This document shows, one piece after another, positions 56,592 to 64,000 of a DNA stretch of 64,000 nucleotides. Each line of letters opens with the position of its first letter. The stretch's first letter is position 1. The stretch lies in assembly GCA_965277805.1 (NCBI GenBank), contig OZ255842.1, forward strand, positions 3,008,001-3,072,000, given 5' to 3'. The position numbers were made by a program, and so were the translations under genes. This DNA comes from Candidatus Lustribacter sp. (GTDB lineage: Bacteria > Vulcanimicrobiota > Vulcanimicrobiia > Vulcanimicrobiales > Vulcanimicrobiaceae). The notes under the pieces are model-generated. The model did not search any database. It was not told where the DNA came from and saw nothing but the letters and a program-made list of their open reading frames with translations.

Positions 56592-57539
56592 TTAGCTGGT
56601 CGGGACCGCGGTTGAAAAGAGATCGCTCGCGCGCTGGGCCGTTTTGATCTGGCCGGTCGCGAACATCAGGTCGAGGACGGGCTGCACGTCGGAGACGCGC
56701 AGGCGCTCGGCGTAGAGCGCGCGCGACGCGCCGGGCGGCACCGGCGACTGGGTGTATTTTTCCAGCATGACGCCGGACTGGGCTTGGTTTGCGTTGGCCC
56801 AGCGCGCCGTTTTCGCGATGACGTCGGCGTACGTGCGCACGACATCGGGATGCGCTTTCGCGAACGCGTCGGTCGTGACGCAACCCGCCACGAGAAAGCG
56901 CGGCGCGATCGCGTCGAACACCGGACCGAGGACGCGGATGTCGCCGCCGCGCAGCGCCGGCGTGAGGGCCGGTTCGCTGATCGACGCCGCATCGAGGCGG
57001 CCTGCCTTCATCGCTTCGACGTCGAGCGGATCCGAGAGCTCGAACCAATGGATCGACTTCGAGTCGCCGCCGTTCTTGTCGATCCACGCGCGGGCACCGA
57101 AGTAACTCATGTTGCCGAGATCGCGCGTACCGATCGTCTTGCCGTTCAGATCGGCCGCGGTGCGGTAGGGTGCGTTTTTGAGCACGACCAGCGCATGGTC
57201 GGGATTGGTGCTGACGTAGAGCGAGAGCGGCGCGATCATCACGAACGGCACGTTTTTGTCGCGCGCGATCGCCGCGAGCGTGACCGGCACGGCGGCGATC
57301 GAGAGCGCGCCGCCGGCGAGTCCGGCCGTCGTCGCGTTCATGAAGCTGAGCGTGACGTTCAGTCCCGCTTGCTTGTAATAGCCCAACGCTTCGGCGTAAA
57401 AGGTCGGGCCGGCGGAGTCATTCGGTGCGGTGCCCACCGGCAACGCGAAACTCGCCGTCTGCGCGACGGTTCGCTGCGGGATCGCCGATGCGAGCGAGAA
57501 CGAAGCGCCCGCCATGAGCAACGCTTGGCGCGAAATCAT
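56592..57539 (-). CDS. NitT/TauT-family substrate-binding protein
   Basis: GYYKQAGLNV, DLNGKT and WIDKNGGDSK. Confidence 0.85.
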   Translation of the reverse strand: MISRQALLMAGASFSLASAIPQRTVAQTASFALPVGTAPNDSAGPTFYAEALGYYKQAGLNVTLSFMNATTAGLAGGALSIAAVPVTLAAIARDKNVPFVMIAPLSLYVSTNPDHALVVLKNAPYRTAADLNGKTIGTRDLGNMSYFGARAWIDKNGGDSKSIHWFELSDPLDVEAMKAGRLDAASISEPALTPALRGGDIRVLGPVFDAIAPRFLVAGCVTTDAFAKAHPDVVRTYADVIAKTARWANANQAQSGVMLEKYTQSPVPPGASRALYAERLRVSDVQPVLDLMFATGQIKTAQRASDLFSTAVPTS

Positions 57540-57680
57540 CTTTGCAAACGTCTTTCACGCGCGCAGCACCCCCCCTGCTCGGGGGTAACACGACATCTGG
57601 GGCACGAACCTCGCCGCACGCCGGCCATAGGCACGGCGCGAGTTGCAGGCGCGAGATAACTAGGTTGCAAAGGTAGATTC

Positions 57681-57989
57681 ATGTCGGAGTACGAGCTCAA
57701 CCGGAGCATCCACCACGTCTACACCAACAAAGAACGCACCGCCGCGTTCCGTGACGGTAACTACGCGGCGCTGGATGCGTTCGACCTCAGCGCCGAAGAA
57801 CGCGCTGCACTCGAAGGACGCGACTTTCCCAAGCTCTGGGCACTCAACGTACACCCCGTGCTGCTGTTCCATCTCTCGGCCGTGCTCAACCCGCGCGAAT
57901 GGTACCTCGCCGAAGTCGTTCCGAAGATCGCCGGCGTGCCGAACAAATATTACGATTTCTACGGCAAACGGCCGGCCGGGGCCGCCTGA
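57681..57989 (+). CDS. LigA-like small (alpha) subunit of a class III extradiol dioxygenase
   Basis: MS.YELNR...F...DLSAEERAAL..RDF..L...VHP.LL pattern. Confidence 0.72.
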   Translation: MSEYELNRSIHHVYTNKERTAAFRDGNYAALDAFDLSAEERAALEGRDFPKLWALNVHPVLLFHLSAVLNPREWYLAEVVPKIAGVPNKYYDFYGKRPAGAA

Positions 57990-57994
57990 TCGCA

Positions 57995-58777
57995 ATGGCC
58001 GCCGCGATCCGGCCGCGCCGGCACGTCAACATCAACGTGTGGCGGCTGGCGATCCTCATCGCCGGCATCGCCGGCTGGTGGCTGATTGCCAAACTCGCCG
58101 GCGGCAATTTCATTCCCACGCCGCCGCAGACCGTTGCGGCCGCGATCGCAATCGCCAGCGACGGCACGCTGGGGCGAGCCACGCTCGATACGACGATCGT
58201 CTTCCTCAGCGGCTACGTGCTGGCAGCGATCATCTCGATTCCGTGCGGCCTGATCATGGGCGGTGTGCGCGTGGTCGGCAAGGCGTTCGAACCCTACGTC
58301 GACGCGCTGAGCGCGATGCCGCGCGTGGCCTTCATCCCGCTGATCATCGTCTTTCTCGGTTTGGGCTTTCCGGCCAAGATCGCAATCGTCTTCCTGGGCG
58401 CGGCGATGCCGATCCTCATCAACACCTACGTAGGCGTGCTCAACTGCGACGGCGAGCTGGTGGAGATGGCGCGCTCGGCCGGCGCGACCGAACCCCAAGT
58501 CTTCCGCAAGATCATGCTGCCCGGCGCGCTCCCCTACATCACGGCGGGCCTGCGCGTGGGCGCCTCGCTCGCGCTCATCAACACCGTCGTCGCCGAACTC
58601 TACACGGCCGTGAAAGGTCTCGGCGGCCTGCTCTCGGTGTACGGCAACAGCTTCCGCATGGCGCCCTACTTCGTCGTCGTCTTCGTGCTGGGTGCGCTGG
58701 GAGTCATCGTCATGCAATCGCTCCGGATCCTCGAACGCAACGCCGATCGCTGGCGTTACGATAGCGAACACCACTAA
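57995..58777 (+). CDS. ABC transporter permease (NitT/TauT)
   Basis: PRVAFIPL, EMARSAGA (EAA-like) and IMLPGALP. Confidence 0.9.
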   Translation: MAAAIRPRRHVNINVWRLAILIAGIAGWWLIAKLAGGNFIPTPPQTVAAAIAIASDGTLGRATLDTTIVFLSGYVLAAIISIPCGLIMGGVRVVGKAFEPYVDALSAMPRVAFIPLIIVFLGLGFPAKIAIVFLGAAMPILINTYVGVLNCDGELVEMARSAGATEPQVFRKIMLPGALPYITAGLRVGASLALINTVVAELYTAVKGLGGLLSVYGNSFRMAPYFVVVFVLGALGVIVMQSLRILERNADRWRYDSEHH

Positions 58778-58788
58778 AGGAACTGCAC

Positions 58789-59619
58789 GTGGCTAAGATC
58801 GTCTCGGTCGTCGCATCGACCCACAACCCGCGCATCTTCTGGAATCGCGATCAGGCGACGCCGGAAGACATGGACGAGCTCTACGCAACGTTCGCCGAAG
58901 TCAAGGACATGCTCGCAGCCACCAAGCCCGATCTCATCGTGGCGGTGGCGAACGATCACCTCGACAACTTCTTCTTCGATAACTTGCCGACGTTTTCGGT
59001 CGGTACCGGCAAGAGCGCCGAGGGTCCGTTCTGGTATGAGAGCGACATCATGGCGCTGCCGCACTACAAGTTCGACATCCATCAGAAGTTCGCCGAATAC
59101 ATCTTGCGCGACGGCGTCGAGACCGGGATCCAGTTCTCGCAGGCGCGCGAACTCCACCTCGACCATGCCTTCACCGTTCCGCTCTCGTTCCTGCGGCCCG
59201 ACTCCGATCTGCCGGTGGTGCCGATCGTCACCAACGCCTTCGGTTACCCGCTGGCCAACAACCGCCGCTGGTACGAACTCGGCCACTTCATCAAGCGCGC
59301 CGTCGAGGCGTGGCCGGGCGCGGAGCGCGCGGCGCTGATCTGCTCGTTCAACCTCACCGTCGAAGTCGGCGGCCCGCTGATGGGCAACATCGACTTCGCC
59401 TTCGCGCGTTATCTGCTCCAACTCATGGGCGAGGGCAAGCGCGACGAGATCCTCGAGAAACTCACGGTCGAGCGGCTGATCGAAGCCGGCAACTCGACGA
59501 CCGAGTTCCTCAACTACGTCACCGCACTCGGCGTGGTGGAAGAGACACTGCCCACGTTCATCAAACACAAGCCGGTCAAGGGCGTCGGCACCTGCCCGAT
59601 CGCGTTCTGGACGCTGTGA
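58789..59619 (+). CDS. LigB-like class III extradiol dioxygenase beta subunit (atypical active site)
   Basis: STHNP, NDH, LDHAFTVPL and GNSTTE; canonical GGxSH replaced by FNLTV. Confidence 0.8.
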   Translation: MAKIVSVVASTHNPRIFWNRDQATPEDMDELYATFAEVKDMLAATKPDLIVAVANDHLDNFFFDNLPTFSVGTGKSAEGPFWYESDIMALPHYKFDIHQKFAEYILRDGVETGIQFSQARELHLDHAFTVPLSFLRPDSDLPVVPIVTNAFGYPLANNRRWYELGHFIKRAVEAWPGAERAALICSFNLTVEVGGPLMGNIDFAFARYLLQLMGEGKRDEILEKLTVERLIEAGNSTTEFLNYVTALGVVEETLPTFIKHKPVKGVGTCPIAFWTL

Positions 59620-60650
59620 TGATGAACGCCGGCCGTCGCGAATTCATCACCGCAGGTTCCGCCGCCGTTGCCGCCGCCGCGCTGCCGCTCCGGGCGCGGG
59701 CCGCGGATCCGTTTCGCATCATCATCACCGAGACGCAGATACCGCTCGTTCCGAATTCCGTCACGTGGCTCGCGCTCTCGCTCGGCTACTTCAAACGCGC
59801 CGGCGTCGACGTCGACCTGATCGAGGTCGGACAGACGCCGTCGGCCGTCGCCGCGCTGCGGTCGGGCGGCGGCGAGATGGCGAACATCGCCACCGACACC
59901 GCGCTGCAGCTCATCGGCCGCAAGCAGATGAACTTGCACGGCGTGATTTCACCCGATCGCGCGCTGCCGTTCGTCATCGCGGCCAAAAAATCGATCGGCA
60001 AGATCGGCGACCTTACCGGCAAGACCTTCGGCGTCGCGCGCGTGGGCAGCGTCGACTACGAGATGACGCGGGTCGTGCTGGCCAAACTCGGCGTGAACCC
60101 GGATTCCGTGCAGTATCTCGCGATCGGGCAACCCGACGTGCGCGCGCAATCGCTCCTGGCGAACCAGATCGATGCCACGACGTTTTCGATCGGTATCTAC
60201 ACCACGCTGCCGGACAAGAGCAACATCAAGGTCCTCGTCGATCAAGCAAATTATTTCAAGAACGCCCCGTTCGTGACCAAACTCAACGTGGTCACCGACG
60301 ACGCGGTGAAGAATCGCGCCAAAGACATCCAGGCCGTCGTAAAAGCGCTGATTGCGGCCTCGCGCGATTTCGCTGCCCATCCGCAGATCTGGGTGAACGC
60401 GATGGCGGCCGCGCGCTCCGATGTCTCGAAGGCACAGTTGACGACGCTGGCAACGGCCTATCAGAACAGCTGGAGCGTCAACGGCGGGCTCAACCTCAGC
60501 GCGCTGAAGTTCACCACCGACACGCTCTACAAGGGTCCGGATTTCAAGGATCTGCCGCCGGTCGATCCGAGCGATTGGATCGATCTCAGCTACATCAAAA
60601 ACACGCTGCGCGCAACCGGCGTCGACAAAGCGGCCGACCTCCCCGCGTGA
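59619..60650 (+). CDS. NitT/TauT-family substrate-binding protein (Tat-like GRREF)
   Basis: GYFKRAGVDV and DLTGKTFGV; lies in the transporter operon. Confidence 0.87.
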   Translation: MMNAGRREFITAGSAAVAAAALPLRARAADPFRIIITETQIPLVPNSVTWLALSLGYFKRAGVDVDLIEVGQTPSAVAALRSGGGEMANIATDTALQLIGRKQMNLHGVISPDRALPFVIAAKKSIGKIGDLTGKTFGVARVGSVDYEMTRVVLAKLGVNPDSVQYLAIGQPDVRAQSLLANQIDATTFSIGIYTTLPDKSNIKVLVDQANYFKNAPFVTKLNVVTDDAVKNRAKDIQAVVKALIAASRDFAAHPQIWVNAMAAARSDVSKAQLTTLATAYQNSWSVNGGLNLSALKFTTDTLYKGPDFKDLPPVDPSDWIDLSYIKNTLRATGVDKAADLPA

Positions 60651-61456
60651 GCGTTGCGCCCTCGTCGATCAGCATGCGCGGCGTGGGCAAGACGTTCCGG
60701 CGCGCGAAATCGCACGACGGGGTCGAAGCCCTGCGCGATGTCACGCTCGAGATCGAACCGAATACGTTCGTCTCGCTGGTGGGCCCGTCGGGCTGCGGCA
60801 AGACGACGCTGTTGCGCATGCTCAACGGCCTGATCCAGCCCGATACCGGTGAGATTCTCGTCGGCGGCGCTCGGCCGGCGCCGGGACCGCACATGGGCTT
60901 CGTGTTTCAGTCGTTTCGCCTCTTACCGTGGCGCACGATTCGCGAGAACGTCGCCTTTCCGGTCGAACTCAGCGGGATGAACGCGGCCGAGCGCCGCGAC
61001 CGCGCCGACACCTATCTCGACATGGTCGGCTTGCGCCGTTTTGCCGATTCGTATCCGGCCGAACTCTCGGGTGGCATGAAGCAGCGCGCCGCGCTGGCAC
61101 GCGCGCTGATCGCACAGCCGCGTTACCTGCTGATGGACGAACCGTTTGCCGCCCTCGATGCCCAGACGCGCGAATTCATGCAGATCGAATTGGCCAAGAT
61201 CTGGTCGCACCACAAGAGCATCGTCGTCTTCGTCACGCACAGCGTCGACGAAGCCGTACTGCTCTCCGATCGCATCGTGCTGTTGCGGCCGCGGCCCGGC
61301 CAAGTCGCCGAAGTGGTCGACGTCAAGCTGCCGCACCCGCGCTGGGAATACGACGCGCGCGCGACGCCGGAGTTCGTCGCAATGCGGCACTATCTGTGGG
61401 AGCGCATCAAGGACATGGTCGCCTCCGACCCGCAGTCGGAATTCTACCAGCGGTGA
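60647..61456 (+). CDS. ABC transporter ATP-binding protein (NitT/TauT)
   Basis: GPSGCGKT, LSGGMKQR, LLMDEPF and VTHSVDEA. Confidence 0.93.
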   Translation: MSVAPSSISMRGVGKTFRRAKSHDGVEALRDVTLEIEPNTFVSLVGPSGCGKTTLLRMLNGLIQPDTGEILVGGARPAPGPHMGFVFQSFRLLPWRTIRENVAFPVELSGMNAAERRDRADTYLDMVGLRRFADSYPAELSGGMKQRAALARALIAQPRYLLMDEPFAALDAQTREFMQIELAKIWSHHKSIVVFVTHSVDEAVLLSDRIVLLRPRPGQVAEVVDVKLPHPRWEYDARATPEFVAMRHYLWERIKDMVASDPQSEFYQR

Positions 61457-62985
61457 TCCAGACCGCGCGCGGTACCCATGGGGTGGTGTCGACCGGACAT
61501 CCGCTCGCGACCGATGCTGCGCTCGACGTGCTGCGCGCCGGCGGCAACGCCGTCGACGCCGCGGCGTGCGCGGCGTTCGTGCTCAGCGTCGTGTGCCCGT
61601 ACGCGTGCACGCTGGGTGGCGATCTGTATGCGCTCGTCTATGATCCCGCGACCAAACGCGTCGAGGGTCTCAACGCCACCGGCCGTTCGCCGCGCGATAC
61701 CGCCGGCGACGTGCAGGCGGATGCGTTGCGCGTGGGCGTGCTCTCGGCAACGATTCCGGCGCTCGTGCGCGGGCTCGGCGATCTGCTCGAACGTTACGGC
61801 TCGCGCAGCTTCGGCGCACTGCTCGAGGCCGCGATCGCATACGCCGGCGACGGCTTCGCCGTGCATTCGACACTGGCCGACAATACGCGCGACCGCGCGG
61901 AACTGCTCGCGCGCGATCCGGCCGCACGCGCCCTGTTCCTACCGGACGGCAAACCGCTCGCGCTCGGCACGACGTTCAAACAGCCCAACGTCGCACGCGT
62001 GCTGCGCGAACTCGCGGCGGGCGGTCCGGGCGCATTCTACTCGGGCGAGATCGCAGAACAATTGGTCGGCGACGCGCAAGCGATCGGCGGGACGTTCGCG
62101 CTCGAAGACTTCGCGGCGCACGAATCGCTGTGGCAGTCGCCGCTGGCTGTGCCGTTCTACGGCCGCGACGTGTGGACGATGCCGCCCAACTCCTACGGGC
62201 CGACGCTGCTCTTTCAGCTGCTCGAGCTCGAAGCGCAGCACATCGATGCCGTCGATCCGGAAAGCGCGGACTTCATTACGCGCGGGTTCGCGGCACGCAA
62301 GCGCGCGTACGCGCAAGCGGCGAAGTGGATCGCCGATCCGGCCGTCGCCGAAGCGCCGATGCGCGAGTTGCTCGCCGCGGCGCTGCTCGCGCGAACGCCC
62401 GTGACCGCACCGCCGCCGCCGGAAGCGCGCGACCGGTGCACCACGAACGCGATCGTCATCGACGGCAACGGACTTGCGGTTTCGCTGATCGAGAGCGTGT
62501 CGGCTCCATACGGTTCGGGGGTCGTGCTCGAACGGAGCGGCATACTGCTCAACAACCGCATGGCCGGCTTCAACGCCGACCGCGCACATGCCAACGGGAT
62601 CGCCGCCGGTAAGCGGCCGGCCAACACGCTCGCACCGTGCATGGTCACGCAGGCCGGCGCGCTGGCGATGAGCATCGGTACGCCCGGCACGGTCGGGCAG
62701 ACGTGCACGCTCGCGCAAATCCTCGCCCGCGTTTACGCGTGCGGACAAGACATTGCCGAGGCCGCCGGGCCCCCGCGCTGGTCGGTCGATTTTCAAGGCA
62801 AATTGGTCGTCGAAGATACGATGGCGCCGGCCCTGCGCGACGCCGTGCTCGCGGCGACCGAAGGCGCGCACGTCATGCCGAGCGGCTGGATCAGTTTCGG
62901 CTCGATCAAGGCCGTGACCGTCACCCCGGAGGGACTCATCGGGATCGCCGATTACCGCCGAGCGGCCACGACTGCAGGCTGGTGA
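61453..62985 (+). CDS. Gamma-glutamyltransferase-family Ntn hydrolase (atypical)
   Basis: GGNAVDAA, LGGD, PPNS, CTTN autoprocessing Thr, LLNNRM and GKRP. Confidence 0.85.
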   Translation: MIQTARGTHGVVSTGHPLATDAALDVLRAGGNAVDAAACAAFVLSVVCPYACTLGGDLYALVYDPATKRVEGLNATGRSPRDTAGDVQADALRVGVLSATIPALVRGLGDLLERYGSRSFGALLEAAIAYAGDGFAVHSTLADNTRDRAELLARDPAARALFLPDGKPLALGTTFKQPNVARVLRELAAGGPGAFYSGEIAEQLVGDAQAIGGTFALEDFAAHESLWQSPLAVPFYGRDVWTMPPNSYGPTLLFQLLELEAQHIDAVDPESADFITRGFAARKRAYAQAAKWIADPAVAEAPMRELLAAALLARTPVTAPPPPEARDRCTTNAIVIDGNGLAVSLIESVSAPYGSGVVLERSGILLNNRMAGFNADRAHANGIAAGKRPANTLAPCMVTQAGALAMSIGTPGTVGQTCTLAQILARVYACGQDIAEAAGPPRWSVDFQGKLVVEDTMAPALRDAVLAATEGAHVMPSGWISFGSIKAVTVTPEGLIGIADYRRAATTAGW

Positions 62986-62996
62986 TCCGGCCCATA

Positions 62997-63025
62997 TTGA
63001 CTTTGGAACAAAGCTAAATTATAAA
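62997..63025 (+). promoter_or_regulatory. Sigma70 promoter with a palindrome overlapping the -35/spacer; probably leaderless
   Basis: TTGACT-N17-TATAAA-N6-ATG; CTTTG-GAA-CAAAG at 63001-63013. Confidence 0.65.
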
Positions 63026-63031
63026 GAGGTC

Positions 63032-63529
63032 ATGACGACCTCCGAGCCTTTGACGGCCGGCGCGTTCCGGGAAGCCCTCGGAAGCTTCGCCACGGGCGTC
63101 GCGATCGTCACCGCGCGCAATGCCGGATCCGAACCGGTCGGGATGACGATGAGCTCATTCAACTCGGTGTCGCTCGATCCGCCGCTCGTGCTCTTCAGCG
63201 TCGACCGCAAAGCTTTGAGCTTGCCCGAAATGTGCGCCGCGCGCGGCTACGCAATCAACGTGCTCGGCAGCCCGCAACAGCATCTCTCCACGCGCTTCGC
63301 GCGCTCGCGCGAAGATAAGTGGGCCGACGTCAACCACTCGCCGGGCTTCGGCGATGCACCGGTAATCGCCGACGTGCTCGCGCACTTCGAGTGCAAGCCA
63401 TACGCGCAGTACGACGGCGGCGACCACGTGATCTTCGTCTGCGAAGTCGTCCGCGCCGTATGTTCCGCCGGCGATCAGGAACCGCTAGTCTTCTACCGCG
63501 GGAAATACCACACGGTCGTCTCCAAATAA
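63032..63529 (+). CDS. Flavin reductase (HpaC/DIM6-like)
   Basis: FREALGSFATGV, SFNSVSLDPPL, GDHVIF and PLVFYRG. Confidence 0.92.
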   Translation: MTTSEPLTAGAFREALGSFATGVAIVTARNAGSEPVGMTMSSFNSVSLDPPLVLFSVDRKALSLPEMCAARGYAINVLGSPQQHLSTRFARSREDKWADVNHSPGFGDAPVIADVLAHFECKPYAQYDGGDHVIFVCEVVRAVCSAGDQEPLVFYRGKYHTVVSK

Positions 63530-63532
63530 TCC

Positions 63533-63607
63533 GTCATCCCGAGCTTGTCAAAGGACCGCCACCGCGTGTGATGATAGCGGCTGTCCCTCGACAAAGTTCG
63601 GGATGAC
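63533..63607. repeat. REP doublet (inverted pair) between convergent genes
   Basis: GTCATCCCGAGCTTGTCAAAGGAC ... GTCCCTCGACAAAGTTCGGGATGAC. Confidence 0.8.
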
Positions 63608-63616
63608 AGTGGGGGT

Positions 63617-64000
63617 TTAGAGGCGCTTGACCAGTGAGATGCGGGCGGTGCGCGGGAACGGGGCCGAGAGGCCGCGTCCGGGACCGTTGCTGTAGGAGAT
63701 CGAGCCGTCCGGATTGATCATCTGCTGGATCGGGACGGTGCCTTGGTTGTAGACCGCGTGAGCGAGGTTCGCGCCGAAGTTGAGATTGTTCAAGTTCTCG
63801 ATCGACGCTTGCAGCGACCAGCCGCTGCCGAGCCCCATTTGCACGCCGGCGTCGAGCATCACGTATGCGGTCGTGTTGTAGGAGTTGTTGTCGCCTTCGT
63901 AGTCGGCGCCGAAGCGTATCAGCGAGCCGTACTTCGTCGCCCATTGCAGGTTGACGTAGCCTTTGGCGTACGGGTAGCCGTAGTCTTGAACCAGGTCGCC
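63617..64000 (-). CDS. C-terminus of a probable TonB-dependent receptor (5' part outside the window)
   Basis: Open frame to the window edge: ...ADYEGDNNSYN..Y.MLDAGV...LQASIENL.N...PRTARISL, a typical barrel C-terminus. Confidence 0.65.
   Translation of the reverse strand, partial: GDLVQDYGYPYAKGYVNLQWATKYGSLIRFGADYEGDNNSYNTTAYVMLDAGVQMGLGSGWSLQASIENLNNLNFGANLAHAVYNQGTVPIQQMINPDGSISYSNGPGRGLSAPFPRTARISLVKRL

Overview
High-GC bacterial chromosomal window with about 65 tightly packed protein-coding genes. I found no rRNA, tRNA, CRISPR array or transposase. A partial TonB-dependent receptor and a probable outer-membrane beta-barrel gene point to a diderm host. The expanded NitT/TauT-type binding proteins and general gene style suggest Eremiobacterota/Vulcanimicrobiota, but this is inference only. 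Main blocks: (1) cyanobacterial/plant-type phytoene desaturase plus crtB, divergent from a DUF1858-Mrp fusion and an M48 peptidase; (2) a translationally coupled operon: Zn metalloprotease, folP, a FolK::archaeal-type MptA fusion, a 51-aa ORF, GH1, a glycosyltransferase and DUF2461; (3) partner-switching signalling genes (MASE4-GAF-PP2C-HATPase and an RsbW-like protein); (4) a complete actinobacterial-type cytochrome bcc-aa3 supercomplex locus, split into two divergent operons by a palindromic bidirectional promoter, with five nearby genes sharing an exact GGGTAN-N9-start motif (SigB/SigF-like, probably leaderless); (5) housekeeping and stress genes; (6) an SBP, alpha/beta-hydrolase, LLM and tartrate dehydrogenase operon, divergent from a tannase/MHETase-family esterase that lacks the CS-D-HC disulfide; (7) a ~16 kb aromatic-catabolism cluster with tandem Rieske oxygenases, a 4,5-dihydroxyphthalate decarboxylase-like gene, hpaH, a split LigA/LigB-like pair whose beta subunit lacks the catalytic His, an atypical GGT-family enzyme, a flavin reductase and six binding proteins. 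A REP/REPIN-like repeat family occurs at four intergenic sites. All calls come from motif recognition by eye; no database searches were run.
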